Positions 37,008-47,122 of a stretch of 64,000 bases of DNA are shown here, one piece after another. The notes below the pieces were generated by a model that was given only the letters and a program-made list of their open reading frames with translations, was not told where the DNA came from and did not search any database. Position 1 is the first letter of the stretch. Each line of letters opens with the position of its first letter. The translations under genes and the position numbers were made by a program. Source of the stretch: an uncultured Gemmatimonadales bacterium (GTDB lineage: Bacteria; Gemmatimonadota; Gemmatimonadetes; Gemmatimonadales; GWC2-71-9); contig CAVSLV010000002.1 in the NCBI GenBank assembly GCA_963728915.1, positions 288,001-352,000 on the forward strand. The letters are read 5' to 3'.

Positions 37008-38315
37008 TTATGCCGGGGCGATCTCGACGGGTTCCTCGATGACCCCCGTAGAAGACGACGGGGCCTTGCGTTCCCGGAACAAGGCCCAGAAAAAGACCGC
37101 GGCGCCAAGCCCGATCAGGGAAACCACCCGCCAGAGCGCGGCGTAATCGACCTGTCCTCCGACATTGGCGTAGCTATCGGCCAGCCATCCCGACAGAACC
37201 CCACCGAGCACCGGACCACCTCCCAGGATCAGAATGCCGAATACCGTCTGGGCCGAGTGGCGCACGTCGGGAGGCGCGACCCGATCGGTGTAGATGTAGG
37301 CCCCCGCGAAGAAGCAGGCATAGCAGATCCCGTGGAGGAACTGACTGCCGACCAGGACCTCGACCGGGAGGGAGGGGAAGCTCCAGATCAGGTAGCGAAT
37401 GAAATAGGCGAACGCGCCGATCGCGATGACGGCCCGGAACCCCAATCGCACCAGGAGAAAACCGAGCAGCGCCATCACGATGATCTCGCTGAATTGTCCG
37501 ATCGTCATCGCGGGCCCGATCTGGCTGTCCAGCAGGCCAAGGTGCGAGAAGAACGGCGGGGTTTGCAGAAAGTACACCTGATGAATGACGCTGATCGGCA
37601 GGCTGGCCGCGACCAGAATCGCGAACGAGCGCACCCGAAGCAATCCAAATGCCTTGGCGAACGCCAGCGGCTCCACGCCGTCGCGCTTGGGCGGCGTGTG
37701 GGGGAGGGCAAAGCAGAAGAGCGCGTATCCCCACGAGATGAAGGCCGAGAACCGGAGCGAATCGGCCAGCCGGTGGGTCACGTTGGGGAGCTCGGGGCCC
37801 ACCAGGAAGGGCGGCATCCAGGAGAGGTGCAGCCCGGTCTGGAGGTAGATCATCGGAAAAATCCAGCTCGCCGCAATCCATCCGATGGTGCCCCACACGC
37901 GGATCCGGCCGAAGTCACGATCCCGGTTGGTAAGATGGGCAAAGGCCATCGAGTTGGAGAGCGCCAGCGTCGGCATGTACACGATGCTGTACGCGATCGA
38001 GAGGAGGAGCCACGCTCCGAAGCCGGTCTGGGAGGCGGTCACCCACTTCACCACCCCGCCCAGCGCGAGCAGGAACGCCAGGAACCGTTCGGTGCTGAAT
38101 CGCCGGTCGGCGAACTGGCCCGCGATGAACGGGGCGGCCATGGCCCCGATCGAGCCGGCCAGACCGAGGATGGTCCCCATCTGGGTCCCGGTGAACCCTA
38201 ACCCGCCTTCCCCGGTGCTCGCGGTGAGGTAGCGCGCCGCGAGGGGCAGCCAGGCGCCCCACACCGCGTACTGGAGAAACATCATCAGGGAGAGACGGCC
38301 GACGTTGGGCTTCAT
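37008..38315 (-). CDS. MFS transporter, nucleoside:H+ symporter (NupG/XapB-like) family
   Basis: Motifs MMFLQYAVWGAW, GQFADR, RVWGTIGWI and QFLHGICY. Confidence 0.85.
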   Translation of the reverse strand: MKPNVGRLSLMMFLQYAVWGAWLPLAARYLTASTGEGGLGFTGTQMGTILGLAGSIGAMAAPFIAGQFADRRFSTERFLAFLLALGGVVKWVTASQTGFGAWLLLSIAYSIVYMPTLALSNSMAFAHLTNRDRDFGRIRVWGTIGWIAASWIFPMIYLQTGLHLSWMPPFLVGPELPNVTHRLADSLRFSAFISWGYALFCFALPHTPPKRDGVEPLAFAKAFGLLRVRSFAILVAASLPISVIHQVYFLQTPPFFSHLGLLDSQIGPAMTIGQFSEIIVMALLGFLLVRLGFRAVIAIGAFAYFIRYLIWSFPSLPVEVLVGSQFLHGICYACFFAGAYIYTDRVAPPDVRHSAQTVFGILILGGGPVLGGVLSGWLADSYANVGGQVDYAALWRVVSLIGLGAAVFFWALFRERKAPSSSTGVIEEPVEIAPA

Positions 38316-38330
38316 GGACTCCACCTCATC

Positions 38331-39659
38331 TCATTTCCTCCCGAGCTCGAGGACCACGACGCGGTCGGGCGTTCCCGCCGGGAGGGTCGGCAGGTGAAGA
38401 ACGATCCCACCCGGCTCCTCCCCTGCCCTGATCGGTTGTCCGGTGGACAGCAGGCTCGCCCGGCGGATCGGCGCGCCGACCCCCGGGATCACCAGCAGGG
38501 AGTCGGGCCAGGAGAGCAGATGCACGAACACCGTGTCGCCCCGGCGGGTGGTGATTCCCCACGGATGCGGAGGAATCGGCCCGCCCCGGGTCCCATAGAT
38601 CGACCTGCCATAGGTTCGCAGCCACTCGCCCAGCCCCTGTAACCGCTCGACCGCTTCAGGCTGGATCGTCCCATCCGGTCGGGGCCCGATGTTGAGCAGC
38701 AGGTTTGCGTCACTCCCGGCGGCGCGGACCAGGTAGTGAATCAGCTGATCCACCGACTTGAAGGCCGGATCGGTGAGATTGTATCCCCATGAGTTGTTGA
38801 TGGTAAGAGAGGTCTCGAGCGGCAACGATCCGATCGTCGTGGTATTGAAGCCGGCCGTGTTCGCCCCGGGAAGATCCTGCTCGAAGGTCTGGACGTCCTC
38901 ACCGGGAAGCGGCGACTGATGGTGGTTGGGGATGATCAGAGCGGCCGGCTGAAGCCGGTGGATCAACGCATAGGTCCGGGTAAGCCGCCAGTCCGCATCG
39001 GGCTTGTCCCACATCCCGTCGAACCAGATCCCGCCGATCGGGCCGTACTCGGTGAGCAATTCCTCGAGCTGCGCGTCCAGAAAGTCGAGGTAGCGGTTCC
39101 AGTCCCCCGATTCGGGACGCCCGGTTCCCCTTCCGGTGTTGCCGCGGGGCCAGTAGTCGGGATGGTGCCAGTCGAGCTGGGAGTAGTAGAAGAAGAGCTT
39201 GAGCCCCTGCCGGCGGCATTCCTCCGCCAGCTCCTTCAAGGGATCCCGCTTGAACGGGGTCCAGTCCACCACGTTGTATCGAGTGACCTGACTCCCGAAC
39301 ATCGAGAAGCCGTCGTGGTGCCGCGCGGTGATGGTGATGTATCGCATGCCCGCCGCCTTGGCGAGCGCAACCCACCCCGCGGCGTCGAACTTCACCGGAT
39401 TGAACGTCGAGGCGAGCCACTCGTAGGTCCCCACCGGAATGTTCCGGTTCTGCATCACCCATTCGCCCTGGCCGAGCAGGCTGTACACTCCCCAATGGAT
39501 GAACATCCCGAACCGCGCGTCCCGGAACCATTCGCGCGCCGCGATCCGTTCCGCGGGAATGGAAACCTCCTGCGAGGCGGCGGTCCGAAGCGGGGCCCCA
39601 AGCAGAACCCCCGCGATCAGGAGTGCACCGACTCTGTCCGCCGGAGCCGAGCGAGGCAT
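38331..39659 (-). CDS. Alpha-L-fucosidase (GH29)
   Basis: Motifs RFGMFIHWGVYS, ITARHHDGF, IWFDG and NLLLNIGP. Confidence 0.9.
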   Translation of the reverse strand: MPRSAPADRVGALLIAGVLLGAPLRTAASQEVSIPAERIAAREWFRDARFGMFIHWGVYSLLGQGEWVMQNRNIPVGTYEWLASTFNPVKFDAAGWVALAKAAGMRYITITARHHDGFSMFGSQVTRYNVVDWTPFKRDPLKELAEECRRQGLKLFFYYSQLDWHHPDYWPRGNTGRGTGRPESGDWNRYLDFLDAQLEELLTEYGPIGGIWFDGMWDKPDADWRLTRTYALIHRLQPAALIIPNHHQSPLPGEDVQTFEQDLPGANTAGFNTTTIGSLPLETSLTINNSWGYNLTDPAFKSVDQLIHYLVRAAGSDANLLLNIGPRPDGTIQPEAVERLQGLGEWLRTYGRSIYGTRGGPIPPHPWGITTRRGDTVFVHLLSWPDSLLVIPGVGAPIRRASLLSTGQPIRAGEEPGGIVLHLPTLPAGTPDRVVVLELGRK

Positions 39660-40898
39660 CTAGGGCCGCCAGGTTCCTTTCGCGACTTTCGGAACGAATC
39701 GATCGAGGCCCGGTGGCGGGAACCGGAGCGTCTTGCCCTGCTCGGCGCTTCGATAGGCCGTCATCAGCAGCTTGACGACATCCAGTCCATCCTGGAACGT
39801 GAGCCGGGGTTTCTCTTTGCCGAGAAACACCCGGGTGAAATGACGGTCCTCGCCCTCATATCCATAGGCGACCGCCTCATTCGGGACCACCGGCATCTGC
39901 CCGACCTCGGCGTTCTGCTTCTCGACCAGGTCTTCGCCCGCCTTGCCCTTCACTTCGCGGCTGAAGAAGAGCCGGAGGCCGGGATCGAGACTGTTCCAGC
40001 TCATCGAGTATTCGGGACCGAGCAGCTCCGCGCTCAGCCTCAGTCCCGCCCCGATGAAGCTCCACGAGGTGGTGGCTTCCCCGAAGACGGTCTGGCCTTC
40101 CCGGGTCCGGAATTCGATGGTGACGCTGGCGAAATCCTCCGCGGGCTCCCGGAGATAGTCGGCGCCCATGTCGCGCTTCAGCTTCCGCGCGTATATCGGC
40201 TGGGTCCACTTGAGGCTCGCGATGTGACCCGTCACCCGCACCGGCTTGACCGTAGAGAGCGGCGCGCCCGGTTTGGTCAGCAGATGCCGCACCACCAGCG
40301 CCGAGTGGCACATCATGTCGTTCAAGACACCGCCGCCCTGAAGCTTGCCTCGCCAGAACCACGGCATGTGCGGGCCGCTGTGTTCTTCCGCCGCGCGCGC
40401 CAGGTAGGGCCGCCCGGTGATCGCCGCACCCCGCGCCCACAAGAGCTCCTTGCCCCGTTCGACCGCGGGGGCGAAGAGCTGATTCTCGAGGTAGCCGGTC
40501 GCGAGCCGGGCCTGCTTGGCGAGCTCGATGACCCGTTTCGCCTCCTCCACGTTCCGGGCCAGGGGCTTTTCGCAGGCGATGCCGCGCAGGCTGCCCTTGC
40601 CGCGCGCGATGGCCGACGCGATCTCCTCCAGGTTGTCGACCCGGGCCTGGTTGGGCGAGCAGATCCAGAGCGCGTCGATCGCGGGATTCCGGATCAGGTC
40701 GGTGATCGAGCGGTACGCCCTGCAGTCCCCAATGTCGAGAGACCGGGCATAGGCGGCGGCGGCTCGTGCATGCCCGGCATTCGGACTCCAGACGCCGAGG
40801 ACGTCGGCGTCCCGCACGCCGTTCCAGGACAGCATGTGAAAGCGGGCATTGAATCCGCTCCCGATGAAGCCGACCCCCAATCGCCTATTCGATGGCAT
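39660..40898 (-). CDS. Gfo/Idh/MocA family oxidoreductase
   Basis: Motifs GFIGSGFNA, CEKPLA and GGGVLNDMMCH. Confidence 0.88.
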   Translation of the reverse strand: MPSNRRLGVGFIGSGFNARFHMLSWNGVRDADVLGVWSPNAGHARAAAAYARSLDIGDCRAYRSITDLIRNPAIDALWICSPNQARVDNLEEIASAIARGKGSLRGIACEKPLARNVEEAKRVIELAKQARLATGYLENQLFAPAVERGKELLWARGAAITGRPYLARAAEEHSGPHMPWFWRGKLQGGGVLNDMMCHSALVVRHLLTKPGAPLSTVKPVRVTGHIASLKWTQPIYARKLKRDMGADYLREPAEDFASVTIEFRTREGQTVFGEATTSWSFIGAGLRLSAELLGPEYSMSWNSLDPGLRLFFSREVKGKAGEDLVEKQNAEVGQMPVVPNEAVAYGYEGEDRHFTRVFLGKEKPRLTFQDGLDVVKLLMTAYRSAEQGKTLRFPPPGLDRFVPKVAKGTWRP

Positions 40899-40922
40899 GA
40901 TGTCTCCCGAAGGCGCCAGGAC

Positions 40923-42861
40923 CTAACGCGCGCGCATGGCGTCGAGCAGGGATTGCCCGCGCGCGTCCGCCGGCGGCGTGATCCCGAGCCAGGCGCTCAC
41001 CGTGGGAGCCGCGTCAATGACCCGGGCGGTGGGCAGGCGTTTGCCGCCGATCCCGGGACCAATGGCGCAGAGCACGGTGCGCATGTCCGGATCGATGCTC
41101 GGAAATCCGTGGTTCCCGGCCGGCGTTCGCGCGCTGCTGATCGAATCGCTCAGCGCGGCGGAATAGTAGTAGCCCGGCGCGAGGCCGAAATACACGTCGC
41201 CCCCCGCCGGCCCGCCGATGCCCAGGGTGTCGTTCGGCGCGGGCCGCCGGATCTGGGTCACGATCGGGGTCCCGTCAGGTCCCCGGACGTTCCGGAGGGC
41301 GGCGATCACCGAATCGACCACGCGATCGACCTGTTCCGGCGCCACGATCCCGCCCTTCCGGCGCACCCGGTTGACCGTGATGAAATAGGGATTGGCGACG
41401 GCGCGGGTCCGGGACAGGTCGATCCGCCCGCTGGGGTCCACCGCAAGAAGACCGGCGTTCCGTAACACGCTATTGGGATAGAAGAGCCGCCAGATCGCCC
41501 GCATGCCGTGATCCCCGCTCACCAGCAGCAGGGCGCCGCTTTGACGGGCCAGGTCCCGGAGCGCGGTCAGCCGCCGGTCCACCAGGGCCCAGCCCCGGCT
41601 CCGCATGGCGCTGATCTTCCGGGCGATTGCCGGCGCCACCCCCGGCGCCACTCCCGCAACAAAGCCGTACCAGCTGTGGTCGAGGTCGTCGGCCAGGGAG
41701 AAGTATTCCACCTGGAGATCGGGGTTCCGGATCTTCCAGGCCCAGTCCGACCCCCGCGTCATCTGCCGGGTTTCGAGCTCGGCGGTCTCGAGGTACTTGA
41801 GCTCGGCGGCGCCGTCGCCACCCTGCTCGATCGGAGGGCCGGCGTCCCGCATGATGGACCAGGCGGTATTGCCGACAAACCCGCCGACATAGGCCTCATA
41901 ACCCGCGATGACCTGGGGCTGGTTGGTCCAGTTGGTGCTCCGGGCGCTCTGATAGAGCTCGTACGAGGCCCCATCGGCGTCGAGCCGCCAGAGCCGGAAG
42001 TACACCGCGCTGCGGCGTCCGCCCGGCTCGGGAAACCAGAGCGGGTCGGAGAAGTAGCGCGCCAGGTCACGCCCCTCGAGCGGCGCCTGCTCAGGTGGAA
42101 GCGGTCGCGCCCGGACCGCCGTTGCGCCATCCCGGCTCCGGCTGATCAGGACGTCGTCGCCGCGGAACAGCGCGAACACGGAATCCCGTCCGATGGTCCA
42201 GGCAACTTCCCGGAGCGGAACGCCCGGCTCGCCGATGTTGGCCCAGGGCGGCGCCGGATGGGGCGGATTGCGGGTCTCGTTGAGGAGCCTGGGGTCCGAG
42301 CCACCGGTATACCCGTTCACCATGAACAACTGCGGGCTCGCCATGGCGGCGCTGTCCCGATGCATCGCCGCGGTGTCGCGTCCGCCCTCCGCGCGCCATC
42401 GGCCGGGATATCCGGTCTGGGTCGCGTGATGGTCGACCACTTTCCTCCCCTGGCGGGCGGCGGTGATCCAGATCGGCTCGGCGTCGAGCTGCCGGGCATC
42501 GAAGCCCGACTGGGTTTCGGTGAGCGAGAACGCTCCCCAGGGAAGCGGCGTCATCGTGTTCGCCACGACGCCGTTCACGTTGCCGTAGGCGCCGGTCCAC
42601 AGTGCCGCGTGGCTTGCCGCGGTGAGGCTCGGCCACATGGGCCGGGCTCCGTCGGCGCAGCTCGCTTCATTGAAGAAGGCGAGCAGGTTGGGAATCGCGG
42701 CGGGGTCCACCGTGCGTCTGGCCCGCTCCATGTTCATGGCGTCGAAACTCACGAAGATGGCGCGGCGTGTCACCGGTGGTGCCTCGTTGCTGGGTGGCGT
42801 CGAAGCGCATCCGGTCATCGACAACGAGGATCCACAGATTACGCCGATGAAACGGATTCAT
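40923..42861 (-). CDS. Alkaline phosphatase / nucleotide pyrophosphatase family lipoprotein; probable frameshift in the signal peptide
   Basis: Motifs FVSFDA, PSLTAASHAALWTG, SGDHG and GNHG. ATG at 42861 is out of frame with the lipobox MTGC. Confidence 0.78.
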
Positions 42862-42978
42862 CCGGTGCCAGGACAACCATCCATTTGCCGGCGCTGAGGG
42901 TACAGACTTGTTGTTGGGTCGTTTCACAGTTGCTTTCCTGCCCGGAGGCGAATCCGTGTCATTCGAAGCCCGCCCAGC

Positions 42979-44277
42979 TCAGGGAAGGCCGCCGTCAGTC
43001 GCGATCACGGCATTGAGCAGTACGTTGGCGCCGTTGGTGATGTCCGCCGGCCTGGTGAATTCCTTCGGCGAATGGCTGATCCCGCCCACGCTGGGCACGA
43101 AGATCATTCCCATCGGCGTGATCCGGGCGATCTCCTGCGCATCGTGCCCCGCCCCACTCGGCATGCGCTGGCGGGTGAGGCCGAGGGAAGCGGCGGCGGC
43201 ATCGATCCAGCCCATGATCCGGGGATCCGCGAGCGCCGGCTGGCTGTGGACCAGCGGCGCGAAGGCGAAGGTCGTGCCGGTCGCCTCCCCGATGTCCTTG
43301 GCTAGCTGCTGAAAGCGCACGGTAAACCGCTCGAGTTTCTCCACCGCCAGGTCCCGGAGGTCGATGGTCATCACCACCTGCCCCGGAATCACGTTGGTGG
43401 TATTGGGAGACGGAACCACCCGCCCCACCGTCGCCACCTGCCGGCCCGGTTCGGACCGGATCGCGTCGTTGATGGCCACGGTGAATTTCGCCGCGGCGAG
43501 CATCGCGTCGTGCCGCTGGTCCATCGGGGTGGTGCCGGCATGGTTGGCAAAACCGGTGATGGTGACCTCGAACCAGCGAAGCCCCACGATCCCCTCGACC
43601 ACTCCGATGTTGATGCCGGTCTGGTCGAGCCGGCCTCCCTGCTCGATGTGGAGCTCCAGGTAGCAGGCAAGATCGCCCTTCTTCTCCACCGCCTCCGCCA
43701 GGCGGGAGACGTTCCCGCCGATGATCCCGATCCCTTCGCGAATGGTCCTCCCGGAGCGAGCGGTCTTGTCCAGGTCGGCATCGGTCAGATCGCCGATCGC
43801 GAGCTTGCTCCCGATGGTTCCGCCTTCCTCGTTCTGCCAGATCACCACCTCGAGCGGATGGCGGAGCCGCACACTCTGCTCCCGGATCGAGCGCGCCACC
43901 TCGATCGCTCCGAACGAGCCCACGACGCCGTCGAAGTTGCCGCCGTCGGTGACCGAATCGACGTGGGATCCGATCAGGATCGGCGGCAGGGACGCGGTCC
44001 CGGGAAGACGGCCACGGATGTTGCCCGCCGCGTCGATCCTCGGCTCGAGCCCGGCCTGGCGAAAGAGATCCAGCGTAAACGCCCGACCGGCGAGATCGGC
44101 CTCGGAGTAGGCCACCCGGTTGATCCCGCCTGCGGTGCGCCCGATCGCATCGAATCTCGAGACCCACCCGTTCAGGCGATCGCCGTTGACGCGGAGCGGC
44201 GCCTGGGACCGGTACACCGGCAACCCGAGCGCAGCGGCAAAGGTCGCTGACCGGTTGAGAAAGCTCCGCCGATTCAA
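42979..44277 (-). CDS. M20 Zn-dependent N-carbamoyl amidohydrolase (allantoate amidohydrolase/beta-ureidopropionase-like) with Tat signal
   Basis: Motifs GSHVDSV, NEEG, ELHIEQG, ANHAGTTPM, SGAGHD and GISH; N-terminus NRRSFL. Confidence 0.88.
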   Translation of the reverse strand: MNRRSFLNRSATFAAALGLPVYRSQAPLRVNGDRLNGWVSRFDAIGRTAGGINRVAYSEADLAGRAFTLDLFRQAGLEPRIDAAGNIRGRLPGTASLPPILIGSHVDSVTDGGNFDGVVGSFGAIEVARSIREQSVRLRHPLEVVIWQNEEGGTIGSKLAIGDLTDADLDKTARSGRTIREGIGIIGGNVSRLAEAVEKKGDLACYLELHIEQGGRLDQTGINIGVVEGIVGLRWFEVTITGFANHAGTTPMDQRHDAMLAAAKFTVAINDAIRSEPGRQVATVGRVVPSPNTTNVIPGQVVMTIDLRDLAVEKLERFTVRFQQLAKDIGEATGTTFAFAPLVHSQPALADPRIMGWIDAAAASLGLTRQRMPSGAGHDAQEIARITPMGMIFVPSVGGISHSPKEFTRPADITNGANVLLNAVIATDGGLP

Positions 44278-44296
44278 GGTGCGGCCGTTCCAACGG

Positions 44297-45568
44297 TCAT
44301 GGCGTCCGGGTCATTGCAGCGTAGGTCAGGACGGTGAATTCCGCGCCCAGCGGCGGTGGGCTCCCCCCGTACGTATTGGTGTAGACCAGTGCCACCAGTT
44401 TTTCCTTCGGGTCCGCCCAATAGGTGGTGCGGAAGGCCCCGCCCCAGGAAAACGAGCCCACCGTCATCGGCGATAGATAGTCGTTCGCGGGCGTCTCCAG
44501 CGCGAACCCGAGACCGAATTCGTTGGGGAGATTCGGCAATTGATCGGTGAGCATCATCTGGATCGTTTTGGGGCTGAGCAGTCGCACCCCGTTCAGCTCT
44601 CCGCCGTTGAGGAAGAGCTGAAGAAATTTGGCATAGTCTTCGATGCTGCCGGAGAGGCCCGCCCCGCCAGAGAAATAGGTGCCGGGATGCCTGGGGTAGT
44701 CGGGATCGACGCCGTCGAACACCGGCTGGTGCGTCGGGACCATCTTGCCGTCATCCAGGTCGTGCAAGGACACCAGACGGTCGGTACGGTCGGCCGGGAG
44801 GTAGAACCACGTATCGCGCATGCCGAGGGGATCGAAAATCCGGGTCTTGAGGAACCGGTCGAACGGCATACCGGAAATGATTTCGACGAAGCAGCCCAGA
44901 ACATCGAGCCCCAGGCTGTAGGTGAACCGCTCGCCCGGCTCGTGCTTCAGCGGCAGCTTGCCGAGCACCCGCATCTTCTCGCAGATCGTCGCGGTGTTGT
45001 TCCCGATTCCGCTCGGGATGCCCGCCTTGGAATAGATCGCCTTGAACTCGTCGCTTCCGATCGCGGCATAATCGAGACCGGAGCTGTGGGTCAGCAGATT
45101 CCGGATCGTGGGACGCCGCCGGGCCGGCGCGGACTCGTAGCTCGAATCCGAGGGATTGAATTTGGTGAGCACCGTCGGATTGGCGAATTCGGGGATGTAC
45201 CGCTCGATTGGATCATCCAGCCCGAAGCGCCCTTCCTCCCAGAGCATCATCACCGCCAGCGTGGCGATCGCCTTGGACTGCGAGGCAATCCGGAAGATGT
45301 CGTCCTTCCGCATGGGAGCCCTGGTCTCGGAATCGCGATAGCCATAGGCCTTGTGCATCACGACCTGGCCGTCCCGCGCGATGAACACCACCGCGCCGGG
45401 AATCTGCCCCTTCGCCACCATCGGCTCGATCAGGGAGTCGATCCGCGCCAGCCGGGCGGAAGAAAATCCCGCCAGCTCTGGCCTGACCACCGGACGGAAC
45501 TGGGCGCGCGCCGAGCCAGGCACCAGAATGGCAACCAGCAGAGCCGCGGGCAAACGGAGTGGATGCAT
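44297..45568 (-). CDS. Serine hydrolase, beta-lactamase/esterase class C family
   Basis: Motifs RIASQSK (SxxK), LLTH.SG, FTYS and WGG; signal peptide present. Confidence 0.87.
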   Translation of the reverse strand: MHPLRLPAALLVAILVPGSARAQFRPVVRPELAGFSSARLARIDSLIEPMVAKGQIPGAVVFIARDGQVVMHKAYGYRDSETRAPMRKDDIFRIASQSKAIATLAVMMLWEEGRFGLDDPIERYIPEFANPTVLTKFNPSDSSYESAPARRRPTIRNLLTHSSGLDYAAIGSDEFKAIYSKAGIPSGIGNNTATICEKMRVLGKLPLKHEPGERFTYSLGLDVLGCFVEIISGMPFDRFLKTRIFDPLGMRDTWFYLPADRTDRLVSLHDLDDGKMVPTHQPVFDGVDPDYPRHPGTYFSGGAGLSGSIEDYAKFLQLFLNGGELNGVRLLSPKTIQMMLTDQLPNLPNEFGLGFALETPANDYLSPMTVGSFSWGGAFRTTYWADPKEKLVALVYTNTYGGSPPPLGAEFTVLTYAAMTRTP

Positions 45569-45710
45569 GGGAACTCCGGACGGATTGGCGTCGAAAACGG
45601 CCACTGGGGCGTCCCTATTATACCGCCTGACGCAGGGCTTGGCCGGGTCGGCCGGCTCCGACTATCCTGAGGCGTTCGAGGTTCGGTCAATTCACCTGAG
45701 GAGTACCACC

Positions 45711-46410
45711 ATGTCCGCCCTGCCCCGTACGGTTCTCGCTCTCGCACTGGTCGCTGCATGCCGGCCGTCGCCCACGGCCAGGAAACCTCCCGCGCCGTCT
45801 CCGGCGGGGGCATTTCGGTTCAGGGGTGGGCCGGAAAGGTCGACGCCAACGAAGAGCGCGCCGGTCGTACCGTGAACGATGCCAAACTGACCAAGGAAGG
45901 GTAACGGGCTGCACGTCGTCACCGGGCCGGCGATCGTCTACTGGAACCCGGCCAACAAGGCGAGCGGGGATTACACGGTCAAGGCCACGTTCACCGAAGC
46001 CAAGTACATGAACCTGAACGATCACCCCCATCCCTACGGGATCGTGATCGCCGGGAACGACCTTGGAACGGACAATCAGAGCCTGCTCTACTGCGCTGCC
46101 TACGGGAACGGGTTCTTTATCGTGCGGGGATTCGGCCCGGCTCCGTTCCGCATGAACGGTGGACGGGGAGAGGCCAACGATGCCGTGCACAAGGCAGCCG
46201 GACCAGGGCAGCCGGTCACCCAGGAGATCGCGCTGTCGGTCAAGGGAGACAAGGTCGAATGCGCCATCAACGGTACGGTGGTCGGGAGCTATGCCAAGGC
46301 CGACCTGGTCGGCCCCGGCAAGCTCAAGTCAACCGATGGAGTGTATGGGATCCGTTTCGCGCCACAACACCGAGGGGACGGTCACGGGATTGACGGTCAC
46401 GAAGCCGTAA
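45711..46410 (+). CDS. Secreted hypothetical protein, several frameshifts
   Basis: Signal peptide at 45711 with GAGGAG RBS. Pieces in different frames join (GWAGKVD...VYWNPAN...HPHPYG...GIRF..HNTE..TKP*). Confidence 0.6.
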
Positions 46411-46424
46411 CAGATAGCCGGGAT

Positions 46425-46486
46425 GGGGTCAGACCCCAAACTCCGGGACCTTGCCTGGTCCTGGTGGACTGAAAGGGTCTGACCCT
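46425..46486. repeat. REP-like inverted pair GGGGTCAGACCCC / AGGGTCTGACCCT between convergent genes
   Basis: Two short palindromes in inverted arrangement; a related copy lies at 22076-22088. Confidence 0.55.
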
Positions 46487-46500
46487 CTTCGCCGGTCCAG

Positions 46501-46981
46501 TTACTGTTTCGCCAGCACGAAGGTCTGGGCGAAGTCCTGTCCCTGGACACTGAGGGTGCGCTGCTGGGTCAGGGTCTTGCCATCCGCGTGAGAGCTCGTA
46601 GCGATCGGTGATGGTGAGCTTCGCCATTCGGGTTTGGCGCCGTGCTCACGCTCACCAGCACCGGCCCTTCCCAGTGGAGGGTGCTGGTCACTTCATTCGG
46701 GCCCACCATGTTCTTGTACGGTTTGCCATCGATCCCGTAGACCAGGGTCGTCACATTCTCCTGTCCGTTCGCTACGACGACCCGCTTGATGGTGAGGCCC
46801 GGGTCCTTGTGAACGACACTGTCCGATTCGACTCTGGATGGGTGGCAACATCCCGAAATCACTCTTGTCGGTCTGAAGCACCCAGACTCCGCTCAGAGTC
46901 GGGAGGGCTTCTGAGCTTGCAAGAAGTCGACGAAAGGCCTGCCAGCAGGGTGAAGACAGCCAGGTGCTTGATCCCGCGCAT
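46501..46981 (-). CDS. Secreted lipocalin-like hypothetical protein, several frameshifts
   Basis: Signal peptide MRGIKHLAVF; WVLQTDKSDFG, YGIDGK and LSADGKTLT-like segments lie in different frames. Confidence 0.55.
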
Positions 46982-47122
46982 GGGTGAAATCCGGTCCTTT
47001 CGCGTTGGGTCCCGCACTGGAAAGATAGCGGTCCGTGGCCCCGGCCGGCTTGGTCGTGGCGGGCCGGGAAATCGGCTGGTAGGTTCCGATCCCGCCACGG
47101 CTCTCGTCGAGGACCGCCGGTA

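Noticed and set aside
38919..41465. Long opposite-strand or alternate-frame ORFs (848 aa here; also 19793-22393, 18553-20508, 26846-28681)
   Set aside because: Shadow ORFs typical of high-GC DNA. They overlap well-supported genes and show no recognisable motifs.
44297..45568. Beta-lactam resistance gene
   Set aside because: It has the esterase-like WGG motif rather than KTG; a generic serine hydrolase is more likely.
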